Below are positions 28,121 through 37,363 of a stretch of 64,000 nt of DNA, piece by piece. The DNA comes from Candidatus Latescibacterota bacterium (GTDB lineage Bacteria > Latescibacterota > UBA2968 > GCA-2709665), in assembly GCA_965208835.1 (NCBI GenBank), contig OZ242358.1:3744001-3808000 (forward strand), written 5' to 3'. The position numbers and the translations under genes are program-made. Numbering within the stretch: the stretch's first letter is position 1; the number at the start of each line of letters is the position of its first letter. Below the pieces are notes generated by a model. It was not told the origin of the DNA and made no database searches. It saw only the letters and a program-made list of their open reading frames with translations.

Positions 28121-28975
28121 CTATCTGTCTTTTTTCAGAAGGATATTCAAAGGTCGTTTGGGCTTGTAGAGATAGATGACGTCGGCAGGGTCCAGCATGG
28201 TATTGAATATGGCGATTTCGTCAATTTTGCCGGAATAGGCGTAATTGTTGAACCGGATGGCCAATTCATCCATGTTCCAGGAAATGTTGCGTCGGATATT
28301 CTTCTTCCGACCGATTTCCTCGCCGTCGACGAAGAGTGCGTATTCGGCATCGGAGTTTCCACTGTTGATATTGGACCAGGTGACCACAACGTGGTGCCAT
28401 TGGTCGGACTTCCAGTTGAGCCTGTCGTACCTGATCGTCCACTGCCTTACCAGTTCTTCCCCGACGTTTTGCGTCTTGTCGGGATAACAGCCGAAACGGA
28501 GTGCGCTCGGAGGACGATCCTTCCGGTTCTTGTCGAAGTCTACGAAAATGACCGCGTCGTCCCACTTCTTTCCGACGGAAAAGGGCTCGGGAAATTTCTC
28601 CTTGAAATCGTTGTTTGGATCTACGCTCAGCCAGAAAGAGACCCCGCCGGACCAGGAACTGCCGGCGTCGTAGGGAAAGTTGCCTTTAGCCTGATAACTC
28701 AGATAGGTTGCACCGTTCGCGAATGAAACGAAACCGTCCTCTTTGCCACCGGTAAACTCATGCCTGGGAGGGCTGCTCGTTTCCATTGCAGCGACCGTGC
28801 CCTTTTTCTTCGTAAATGCCTCGAAACGGGATCTGTCGTCAAAGTTGGCGAAAAAGAGTACGTTCGCGGCGAGCTTTTCCTCGATTTTCTTCTCGGGACC
28901 GCCGCAGAAAGAAAGACAAAGCGCGGCAGCCGGAATTGAGATCAGGCGGGGAGCGCACCGGGCCATAAGGCACAT
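28121..28975 (-). CDS. LamG/concanavalin-A-like domain exported protein (probable lipoprotein)
   Basis: LSFC lipobox-like; VSFWL, WHHVVVTW, LFVDG, GKIDEIAIFN. Confidence 0.8.
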   Translation of the reverse strand: MCLMARCAPRLISIPAAALCLSFCGGPEKKIEEKLAANVLFFANFDDRSRFEAFTKKKGTVAAMETSSPPRHEFTGGKEDGFVSFANGATYLSYQAKGNFPYDAGSSWSGGVSFWLSVDPNNDFKEKFPEPFSVGKKWDDAVIFVDFDKNRKDRPPSALRFGCYPDKTQNVGEELVRQWTIRYDRLNWKSDQWHHVVVTWSNINSGNSDAEYALFVDGEEIGRKKNIRRNISWNMDELAIRFNNYAYSGKIDEIAIFNTMLDPADVIYLYKPKRPLNILLKKDR

Positions 28976-29152
28976 CTCCTTTCGGGAGAGGGTAAGATCG
29001 ATGAACCCGTACAGCTTGCCGTATCAGCGGATCACCAATATAAAAAAAGCGTGTTCCGGCGCAAGGGTTTTTCTTGTTTGCGTAATTCGGATGCGATTGA
29101 CGGGAGGCGCGAAAACCAGAAAAATCAGATGATTAGAGCAACCGAAAATGCC

Positions 29153-29181
29153 TTGACAACAGTTTTCATATTTATTATATC
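29153..29181 (+). promoter_or_regulatory. Probable sigma70 promoter
   Basis: TTGACA at 29153 followed by a TATTATAT tract in an AT-rich island. Confidence 0.55.
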
Positions 29182-29204
29182 CAAATTTTGTGATTTGCCC
29201 GGAA

Positions 29205-29341
29205 CGGCCGGTATTTCGAAGAGAACCATCGGTCACCGGCGGATGATTTCGACGACCATCCGCAACGTGTTTCATGCTGAGAACGCGCCGATGTGCCTGA
29301 ACGCGATTCAATCCCCGCCAGGCCCGCTATCGGGCTTTTTG
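29205..29341 (+). ncRNA. Candidate structured leader RNA or sRNA (three-way junction plus terminator)
   Basis: CATCGG/CCGATG closes two hairpins (GCGGATG/CATCCGC; CGTGTT-TCA/TGA-GAACGCG); terminator AGGCCCG-CTAT-CGGGCTTTTT. Confidence 0.4.
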
Positions 29342-29393
29342 CCATGGTTCGTCGATAGAGTCAAGACGCCCGAAACGTAGTCCTCGTTACCCT

Positions 29394-29555
29394 GAAGCTG
29401 TCTTAAAATTCCCAGCGGTCTTCGCGCGGCTGCAAAAGCGCCGGTCAGCGTTGGTCAAATCCACCCGTATAGACAAATATGGTCGGATTTTCCCGCCTTG
29501 ACCGCCACTTTTTCGCTCACGCTCGGGAACTCACCGGTAATTTTAAAACAGCTTC
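29394..29555 (+). mobile_element. MITE family B, shortened variant (162 bp)
   Basis: Family B TIRs; altered centre. Confidence 0.85.
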
Positions 29556-29577
29556 TCTCAAGATTCAGGAGTTGAAA

Positions 29578-32500
29578 ATGCTGCGCAAACTAGGCGGCGT
29601 GATTCTCTGGCTGATCGCAATCTTTATGCTTTCGTCGGTTACCGTGTTCAACCCGGGACAGGTAACCGACTTTTTTGTTCGTGTGTTCAATATCAAGCCA
29701 AGTGTTCCGCAGTTGCGCGAGGAAAAACCCTCCCATAGAGACGAAAGCATTCAGGATTTCGCCGATCAGATCTCAGAGGAGCGTCTTCAGGAAACTGTAT
29801 CTGCTCTCACTGGATTGGGATCTCGCGTGCCGGGGTATCCGGGGCACAGGAAGGCATTTGAATACGTCAAGAGCCGTTTCCAGGCGCTGGGCCTGGACGA
29901 CATAACGGTCGAGGAACACCACGTTACGGTACCTATCGACAAGGGCGCGAAACTGGAGATCCTGGACTCCGGTGTGAAGATCCGGCTTTACGGACTCTGG
30001 CCCAATCATGTACAGACACCTTCCCTGCCGGAACAAGGCGTTACCGGCGCACTGATCGACGCGGGAGACGGCTCCTTCAAAGCGTTGAATTCGAAACCTG
30101 TGAAAAACAGCATTGCATTGATGCAGTTCGATTGCGGACAGAACTACCTCAATCCCCGCATGCTGGGTGCGCAGGCTGTCATCTTCTACGATAACGGCGG
30201 CGTGAGCAGAGGACAGGCACTGGAGAAAATCCTCCAGGTGCCGGTGGACGTGCCGAGGTTCTGGGTGAAAAGAGACGACGCGGTCCGTCTTGTTTCACTT
30301 GCGGAGTCCGGCACCGCGCTCGTGAACGTCACGTCGAGGATGGACTGGGAAAAGGTCCCCACGTGGAACATCTACGCCACACTGCCCGGCTCCGATGAAT
30401 ACGTTACTGAGCGTGAAGAACGGAAGTGGAAGGACGAGATGGTCGTCCTGAGTTCATTTTACGACGCCATTTCCGTCGTGCCTGCACTGGCCCCGGGCGC
30501 GGAGAACGCCACAGGGCTGGCTGCCCTTCTGGAAGTCGCGGCTGCGTTGAAAGACCAATCCTGGCTGGGCGCTTCCTCCCGACTGCCGCAGCTGCCGAGG
30601 TATACGGTAAAATTCCTGGTAACGGGCGCACATTTCCAGGGGTTGGCCGGCATCAATGATTTTCTGTTCAGGCATTCCAGGGAAAGCGACCACTTCCGGG
30701 AGAAAATTCCGGACGGACAGAAGATCGACTTCCGTCTCTACGTCGGGTTCGACCTGTCGAGTGAAACGGACCAGATCGCCAGTTTCTCCCACGGTACGTT
30801 CATCAACCCGAACTGGTCAACGAACAACTACGAAAACAACCTGCTTGCACCCTATGCCAAGAAGTTCAACAAATACCTTGCCAAAGTCTATCCCGGCGAG
30901 GAGCGCCACGTCGACGCCGTCGCGCCGCCGAAGCGAACCTGGAAGAACTACATGCCCATCCGTCTGGGATTCGACAGTGAAGCGGTCAAATTCGTCGGCA
31001 AGGAAGGAATTACGCTGGCCAGCCCTTCCACAACCCGCGAAAAGGTGGATACGCCCGCCGACCAGGTGGAATTCGTCAACTTCTCCAACCTGGCCCACCA
31101 GACACGTACAGCAACAGGCATGCTGCTGAAGGCGTTGGAAGATCCCGAATTCTTCCGGGTGTCCAAACTCAAGCTTCAGGACCTTGGTCACAGCATGAAG
31201 GGGCGAATTCTCTGGTTCGAACGGGATGCCGATTTCGCGATTCCGCGCGTACCGGTACCGGGGGCGATCGTCACCTACCAGCAGCCCGGTCCGGTTGCGA
31301 GCTGCGGCGGGGTCCGAACATTGATTGTGGATAAGACCACCCAGGGCCCCAGGTACATCAGTGATCGCTCCACGGGGCCTATGTTCGGAACCAAGGCGGA
31401 AGTCGAAGCCACAGGGCGGTTCCGCTTCGACATCATGCGTAACCGGTTTACAAATCAGATACTGGCATACGAAATCGACGATCGCGGCAGAATCACCTCG
31501 GCGCCGGACCTGGGCACGGAAGGGGAGGAAAAGTTCCCGACAAGGCAGGGCTATGGATGGTGGGAAAACGAGATGCTGGCGGTCCTTTTCAAGTGCCGGT
31601 CTCTCAGCGTGTTTGAAATCATCGATTCCAGTTACCTTTCCGCGCTCGATTTCATGACCGTGTTGAATGCGGGCGATTCCCAGCCGATGGAATACGGCTA
31701 TTATTACATTGAAAATCAGAGTATCAAGGAAGGCGATGTCACACGGGCAGCGGTGGCGTTTACGGCCATGAACCCCACTACCGACCGTCCCGACCCCATC
31801 AAGATTCTGATGAGTACAGGCCTTTTTGGCGTGAAATACCTGCTGACCAACGCACCTGAGGAGTTGCTGGAACAACCCGTGGACAAGTGGGATGTGGACG
31901 ATGAGTTGCTGGAGCGGTCCCGGGGCGCAGGATATCCGCCTGGCATAATCCTGTATCCTTCCTACAAGGCCGCCAAGGATATGTGGGTGGTCGACGATAT
32001 CAGGATGAAGCAGCTTGCCCAGTACGGAATTACCAACGCACGGCTGGAGAAGTTGCACACGCATGCGGCCGACGCGCTGAAGAAGGCGCGCGAGAATCTG
32101 GCCAGCCACGACTACGAAGGATTTATTGCCGCGTCCAGAGAGGCGTGGGGCCTGGAAGCACGGGGATACCCCGAGGTCATGTCAACCGCAAACGACACGG
32201 TGCGCGGGATCATCTTTTATTTCATTCTCCTGCTTCCGTTCTCCTTCTTCTGCGAACGGCTGCTTTTCGGATTCCCGGATATCACCCGCCGTCTGGTCGG
32301 CTTTGCAGGAATCTTCGTGCTGTTTTTCATTATCCTCCGATACGTGCATCCGGCCTTCAAGCTGAGCAGCACGCCCTACATCATCTTCCTGGCATTTGTA
32401 ATCATGGCCCTGGGCGGCATTGCAATGTTCATTGTCGTTTCCAAATTCGGCGAGGAAGTCAGGAAGATGAAACAGGCCTCGGCGGGCACGTACGAGGCGG

Positions 32501-34374
32501 ATGTGGGTCGGTTGAGCGCGACTGCCGCTTCCATCATTCTGGGCATTTCCAATCTGCGAAAACGACCCCTCCGTACCGGGCTGACGGCGATCACCCTGAC
32601 GTTGCTTACGTTCACCGCCCTGTCGTTTACATCGGTGCAGACTTCCATCAAATTCTATCGCCTGCCGAGGGACAACCAGCCGCCGTACCCTGGCGGCCTG
32701 GTACGGGATCGATCCTGGAGGGGATTGCAGGAATCCGTACTTCAGTACCTGACCAGCGCTTTCAAGGGCCGTGCGACCATTGTTCCCCGTGCGTGGTATC
32801 TTTCGCAGGTTCGCGGGGAACGGGCGTACGTCAATTTCTCGCGGATCACGGATCAGACTTCCTACCTGGGCTCAAGAGATACCTATGTCGATTTCGACGT
32901 GGGCATCACCACCGGAAAGGACAGCTTCGTAAACGGCTTGCTGGGGCTTACCGCGGAAGAACCTGAAATCACCGGCGTCGACCGATACCTGATCAGCGGA
33001 AGATGGTTTGTCCCCGGAGAGACGAATGTGTGTATTCTCCCGAACGATCTCGCGGAACTGGTGGGAATCTTCCCTGAAGACGCCGGGAGTGCGAAAATCG
33101 AGATGCTGGGCGGCGTCTTCACCGTGATTGGAATCATGGATTCCGAGGGATTCAACAAATACAAGGACATGGACGACGAGAAGCTGACGCCGGTGGATAC
33201 GGTAAAGGAGAAGGACGACCTGGCGGACGCTCAGGACCAGGACCCGCGAGTCGTCGCTGCGGCTCCGATCGAGACGTTTACGCATCTGGAGTCGACCAAC
33301 GTGATGATATTGCCTTATGATTACGTCCGCAATATCGGAGGCACTCTGAATTCCGTCGCATTAGCGAACTTCGTGGACGCCCAGGGCAATCCCAGGTCGA
33401 ACTTCCTGCCTGATGTCGAGGAATTCATGACACGGGTTTCTTTGACTATGTTTGTGGGCCACGAAAACAAGGTCACGGTGTACAGTTCCATCGGTTCAAC
33501 GTCTCTATCGGGATTGGGCACGCTCTTCATTCCGATTCTGATTGCCGCATTGATCGTGCTGAATACGATGATGGGCGCGGTGTACGAACGGTTCAACGAG
33601 ATCGGGATTTACTCGGCGGTCGGGCTGGCGCCCAATCACATTGCGGCGCTGTTTCTGGCGGAAGCGACCGTATTCGCCACGGTGGGCGCCGTGTTCGGAT
33701 ATCTGATTGGACAAGTGCTTGTTCTCGTGCTGTTTACCCAGGCGCAGGCGCAGGGACAACTGCTCAGCCTCGAATTGAACTATTCTTCGTTGTCAGCCAT
33801 TTCGTCCACATTAATTGTCATGGCTACGGTATTCCTCTCTACACTGTACCCTGCCAAAAAAGCCGCGGATATGGCCGTGCCTGATGTGACCCGAAAGTGG
33901 GAGTTTCCGGAGCCCGAGGGCGACAGATGGGTATTCGATTTTCCGTTTACCGTTGGCGGCGCGGAAGTATTGGGAATGTACACGTATCTGACACGCGTCT
34001 TCGAGTCATACGGCGAGGGTTCCGTAGGCGACTTTGTGGCCGATTACGTCCGTTTCACTTCGCAGGACATGCAGGGTGAGCCACAATATGAGATCAACCT
34101 CACGTGCTGGCTTGCGCCATACGACCTGGGCATCAGCCAGGAGGTGGCGCTGCTGGCCATTCCAACGAGAGAACACAATATTTACAAGATTGAGGTCGTC
34201 ATCAACCGGCTCAGCGGTGACGTGGCCTCGTGGAAACGCATCAACAGGGGTTTCCTGAACGTCCTCCGGAAGCGATTCCTGGTCTGGCGCACCATTCCAC
34301 CCGAACTGAAGCACCAGTACGCGGACGAGGGCAACCGCATTCTGTCAGACACGGTAGAAGAAGCGGCAGTATAG
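29578..34374 (+). CDS. Large membrane protein: degenerate M28-peptidase-like ectodomain fused to FtsX/MacB-like permease
   Basis: ATG after AGGAG; SRVPGYPG, FYDAIS...PGAENATGLAALLEVA; ISNLRKRPLRTGLT and VLNTMMGAVYERFNEIGIYSAVGL...FLAEA FtsX motifs. Confidence 0.8.
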   Translation: MLRKLGGVILWLIAIFMLSSVTVFNPGQVTDFFVRVFNIKPSVPQLREEKPSHRDESIQDFADQISEERLQETVSALTGLGSRVPGYPGHRKAFEYVKSRFQALGLDDITVEEHHVTVPIDKGAKLEILDSGVKIRLYGLWPNHVQTPSLPEQGVTGALIDAGDGSFKALNSKPVKNSIALMQFDCGQNYLNPRMLGAQAVIFYDNGGVSRGQALEKILQVPVDVPRFWVKRDDAVRLVSLAESGTALVNVTSRMDWEKVPTWNIYATLPGSDEYVTEREERKWKDEMVVLSSFYDAISVVPALAPGAENATGLAALLEVAAALKDQSWLGASSRLPQLPRYTVKFLVTGAHFQGLAGINDFLFRHSRESDHFREKIPDGQKIDFRLYVGFDLSSETDQIASFSHGTFINPNWSTNNYENNLLAPYAKKFNKYLAKVYPGEERHVDAVAPPKRTWKNYMPIRLGFDSEAVKFVGKEGITLASPSTTREKVDTPADQVEFVNFSNLAHQTRTATGMLLKALEDPEFFRVSKLKLQDLGHSMKGRILWFERDADFAIPRVPVPGAIVTYQQPGPVASCGGVRTLIVDKTTQGPRYISDRSTGPMFGTKAEVEATGRFRFDIMRNRFTNQILAYEIDDRGRITSAPDLGTEGEEKFPTRQGYGWWENEMLAVLFKCRSLSVFEIIDSSYLSALDFMTVLNAGDSQPMEYGYYYIENQSIKEGDVTRAAVAFTAMNPTTDRPDPIKILMSTGLFGVKYLLTNAPEELLEQPVDKWDVDDELLERSRGAGYPPGIILYPSYKAAKDMWVVDDIRMKQLAQYGITNARLEKLHTHAADALKKARENLASHDYEGFIAASREAWGLEARGYPEVMSTANDTVRGIIFYFILLLPFSFFCERLLFGFPDITRRLVGFAGIFVLFFIILRYVHPAFKLSSTPYIIFLAFVIMALGGIAMFIVVSKFGEEVRKMKQASAGTYEADVGRLSATAASIILGISNLRKRPLRTGLTAITLTLLTFTALSFTSVQTSIKFYRLPRDNQPPYPGGLVRDRSWRGLQESVLQYLTSAFKGRATIVPRAWYLSQVRGERAYVNFSRITDQTSYLGSRDTYVDFDVGITTGKDSFVNGLLGLTAEEPEITGVDRYLISGRWFVPGETNVCILPNDLAELVGIFPEDAGSAKIEMLGGVFTVIGIMDSEGFNKYKDMDDEKLTPVDTVKEKDDLADAQDQDPRVVAAAPIETFTHLESTNVMILPYDYVRNIGGTLNSVALANFVDAQGNPRSNFLPDVEEFMTRVSLTMFVGHENKVTVYSSIGSTSLSGLGTLFIPILIAALIVLNTMMGAVYERFNEIGIYSAVGLAPNHIAALFLAEATVFATVGAVFGYLIGQVLVLVLFTQAQAQGQLLSLELNYSSLSAISSTLIVMATVFLSTLYPAKKAADMAVPDVTRKWEFPEPEGDRWVFDFPFTVGGAEVLGMYTYLTRVFESYGEGSVGDFVADYVRFTSQDMQGEPQYEINLTCWLAPYDLGISQEVALLAIPTREHNIYKIEVVINRLSGDVASWKRINRGFLNVLRKRFLVWRTIPPELKHQYADEGNRILSDTVEEAAV

Positions 34375-34443
34375 GAAGTATACGCTCCGGATCGCGGGCA
34401 ACCGGCGGGTTGACCCTCGACTCTCTGCTCCCAACGAGGAGGG

Positions 34444-36498
34444 GTGGTTTTGGCAATCGAACCCAAAGACCCTAGAGAAGAGCAGGAACAGTACGAAAAC
34501 ATCATGCCGGTCGATGCGCCGTTCGAAGATGGCTTCAATATGAAGACCCTGTGGGCGACGCTTTTTGTGGGCCTGGTGATGCTGCCCGGTGCAATCTATC
34601 TTGGCCTGGTTACCGGACAGAACATGGCGGGTGCGTCCGAATGGGTGACCATCATCCTCTTCCTGGAAATCGCCAAAAGGTCCTTCGTGAGGCTGAAGAC
34701 GCAGGAGGTCCTGGTCATCTACTGGGTTGCCGGCGGATTGCTGGGCGTGGGCGTCCGGTTGGGCAGCGCGGCACTGGTGTATGGAGGGCCGTTCGGCGGA
34801 TTGATCTGGGATCAATACCTGATCCAGTCCCCGGCCGCCAGAGGGCTTGCGGATTTCATACCGGACTGGGTGGTTCCCCGGATCAGCGAACATCCGGAGA
34901 TTTACGCGGAACGTACGTTCCTGCACGCCGCGTGGTTGAAGCCGATCGGCATCCTCGTCGCATTGACACTGTTAAGCAATACCGCGAGACTGTCGCTTGG
35001 GTACGTGATGTTTCGCATTACGAGCGACATCGAACGGTTGCCGTTTCCGCTGGCTCCAGTCCAGGCCCGCGGGGCCACCGCGCTCGCCGAAACGTCGGCC
35101 AAACAGGAAGGCTGGAGATGGCGGGTATTCAGTACAGGAGCGTGTATCGGATTGGTCTGGGGCCTTCTGTATGTCGTGGTCCCGACACTGTCCAGCATAT
35201 TCCTGACCGATACGGTCCAGATCCTTCCCATTCCCTGGATCGATTTCACGGAACAGATCAAGACCATCCTGCCCGCTGCGCTGTTTGGAATAGCAACCGA
35301 CCTGGGCCACCTGATCGTCGGGTTCGTTTTGCCGTTCTGGGTGGTTATCGGGTCGTTCGCCGGCGCCGTCCTTGGAAACCTGGTTGTCAATCCGTTTCTG
35401 TACAGATGGGAAATCCTGGACCGCTGGTCCGCGGGCATGACGGCGATCCCGACTTCGATCTCCAACCAGTTCGACTTCTGGCTCAGCTTTGGGATCGGCA
35501 CTTCGTTCGTCATCGCGTTCACTGGATTCTACCAGGTGTTTCGGGTGCTTATGGAACAGCGCCGTCAGAAGCAGCAAACGGGGCATCATACGTCCGGTAT
35601 CGACCTCGAGGACCTTCCGAAGGGCCGGTCGGATATGAAGATGATTTACCCTATTCTGTTCTGGGGCGCCGCCACATTGGGCTTTATCGTGATGTGCCAG
35701 ATGCTGGTTCCCGAGTTCCACTGGGGCTGGGTCGTGTTCTTCGGACTCATTTACACGCCGATTTCTTCTTATATCGGCGCGCGCATGATCGGCCTGACGG
35801 GAAGCCCGTACGGGGCGAGTATCCCCTATTTACGGGAAGCGGGAATACTTCTTTCCGGATACAAGGGCGTCGCGGTCTGGTTCGCCCCCCTTCCGCTGCA
35901 CGACCACGGCCTGGCCGTGCCTACCTACAAACAGATGGAACTCACGAAAACGAAATTTGTCAGTTACGTGAAATTGACCGCGGTGACCATGGTGGTCATT
36001 TTCATCTTCAGCTTCATCTTCTGGGAATTCATCTGGCGACTTGGACCCATTCCCTCATCCAGCTATTACTATGTGCAGACATTCTGGCCATACGACGCCA
36101 CAATGACCACGATGTGGCTAAAGTCGACAATGCCGGACCTCGAAGGGCAAGGGACCGTCGGCGTCGAACTCCTCAAAGATATTATCAAACCGGAACTCAT
36201 CGGCGCCGGATTCGCCGTTGGCGGCCTCATGTATCTCATTCTGGCCGCGCTGAAAGCGCCTACGCTGTTCTTTTTCGGCTTCGTGGGCTCGCTTGCAACA
36301 TGGCCGCATTTCGTGATCCTGCAGTTTGCCGGCGCACTGCTTGGACGTTTCTATTTCGCCAGGCGTTTCGGCGAATCCAAGTGGCGGGCGTACGCACCCA
36401 TTCTGCTGGCAGGATATTACTGTGGCATGGGGCTCATCGGGATGACTTCGGTTTCCGTTGTGCTGATTTCAAAGGCCGTCTCCCAGGTCGTATTCTAG
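34444..36498 (+). CDS. OPT-like multi-TM peptide transporter
   Basis: Many hydrophobic helices; ERLPFPLAPV motif; GGAGG RBS. Confidence 0.7.
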   Translation: MVLAIEPKDPREEQEQYENIMPVDAPFEDGFNMKTLWATLFVGLVMLPGAIYLGLVTGQNMAGASEWVTIILFLEIAKRSFVRLKTQEVLVIYWVAGGLLGVGVRLGSAALVYGGPFGGLIWDQYLIQSPAARGLADFIPDWVVPRISEHPEIYAERTFLHAAWLKPIGILVALTLLSNTARLSLGYVMFRITSDIERLPFPLAPVQARGATALAETSAKQEGWRWRVFSTGACIGLVWGLLYVVVPTLSSIFLTDTVQILPIPWIDFTEQIKTILPAALFGIATDLGHLIVGFVLPFWVVIGSFAGAVLGNLVVNPFLYRWEILDRWSAGMTAIPTSISNQFDFWLSFGIGTSFVIAFTGFYQVFRVLMEQRRQKQQTGHHTSGIDLEDLPKGRSDMKMIYPILFWGAATLGFIVMCQMLVPEFHWGWVVFFGLIYTPISSYIGARMIGLTGSPYGASIPYLREAGILLSGYKGVAVWFAPLPLHDHGLAVPTYKQMELTKTKFVSYVKLTAVTMVVIFIFSFIFWEFIWRLGPIPSSSYYYVQTFWPYDATMTTMWLKSTMPDLEGQGTVGVELLKDIIKPELIGAGFAVGGLMYLILAALKAPTLFFFGFVGSLATWPHFVILQFAGALLGRFYFARRFGESKWRAYAPILLAGYYCGMGLIGMTSVSVVLISKAVSQVVF

Positions 36499-36651
36499 TG
36501 TTCTGTCCCAAAAATATCTAACCATTCAGCCGCCGATTCATCCCGTCTCGCGGCGTTGCCTTCCCTCGCCGACCTTCCGCAGGTCGGAGGCGCCTTGCGA
36601 GCCGGGCGACTCGACAGCTGAATTTAGGCAACCTATTTCCGGGACAGAACA
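36499..36651 (+). mobile_element. MITE family C (153 bp)
   Basis: TIRs TGTTCTGTCCCAAAAATA / TATTTCCGGGACAGAACA; CTAG/CTGG flanks; homologous to 62613-62772. Confidence 0.8.
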
Positions 36652-36655
36652 CTGG

Positions 36656-36754
36656 CAGTCCTTTGATAAAGTCGCTCTGTAGGCGAGGCCGCGCAATGCA
36701 GTATTTCGACCGCAAGGGCCGGCCGCAGCCCGGATGGGCTCTTTCAACGGGCTG
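36656..36754 (-). mobile_element. MITE family A, 99-bp short variant
   Basis: Both TIRs; CTGG/CCAG flanks. Confidence 0.8.
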
Positions 36755-36883
36755 CCAGCCTGGAAGCCTGTGTTGTATGACGGAACGCCGCCCGGATCCC
36801 GGCTGTCTAAGGAACACCCAAGACGCCTGATCCGGGCCGAATTTCATCCGCCTGGACCGGATTTCAACCACAGGGAGGTTTCA

Positions 36884-37357
36884 ATGAAGCGGGGCGAAAG
36901 AATTACGGGACTTTCGCTGATTGCCTTTGTCGTATTGGCGCTTACCATGGATGCAGCGGCACAGCCCGATCGCAGGGGCGGACGGGAACGGGGACGGCGC
37001 GGGGGCGCGGCCCGGATGCGAATGATGTTGCCCCTGGAGCAGACGTTGAGCTTTCTGGCTTTCGACGAAAAGATAGCGTTGAAGGACGACCAACTGATTA
37101 AGATCAGAAAAGCTCTAATGGAGATTCATGGAAGCCGGGCCGAACTGCTGAAAGAAATGCGGAACGGCGCCGACCGGCAGCAAATCATGGAGAAGCTCGG
37201 CCGCCTTCGCAGTTCAATGTTCGAGAAGGTCAAGGCGGTGCTGGACGACAAACAGGATGAAGTTCTGGATGGCTATCTGGAGAGGATGCGGCGAGGGTTT
37301 CAACGTGGACGCGGCGGCGGCCGGCGGAGTGGCGGTCCGCCGGGCGGCGGTGTTTGA
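36884..37357 (+). CDS. Exported helical protein with RG-rich ends (Spy/CpxP-like)
   Basis: GGAGG RBS, signal peptide, LKDDQ and VLDDKQ repeats resembling LTxxQ. Confidence 0.6.
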   Translation: MKRGERITGLSLIAFVVLALTMDAAAQPDRRGGRERGRRGGAARMRMMLPLEQTLSFLAFDEKIALKDDQLIKIRKALMEIHGSRAELLKEMRNGADRQQIMEKLGRLRSSMFEKVKAVLDDKQDEVLDGYLERMRRGFQRGRGGGRRSGGPPGGGV

Positions 37358-37363
37358 GGTCTT

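Noticed and set aside
34551-36521. 656-aa alternative-frame ORF overlapping the OPT-like gene
   Set aside because: Arg/Gly/Pro-rich with no motifs; expected shadow of high third-position GC.
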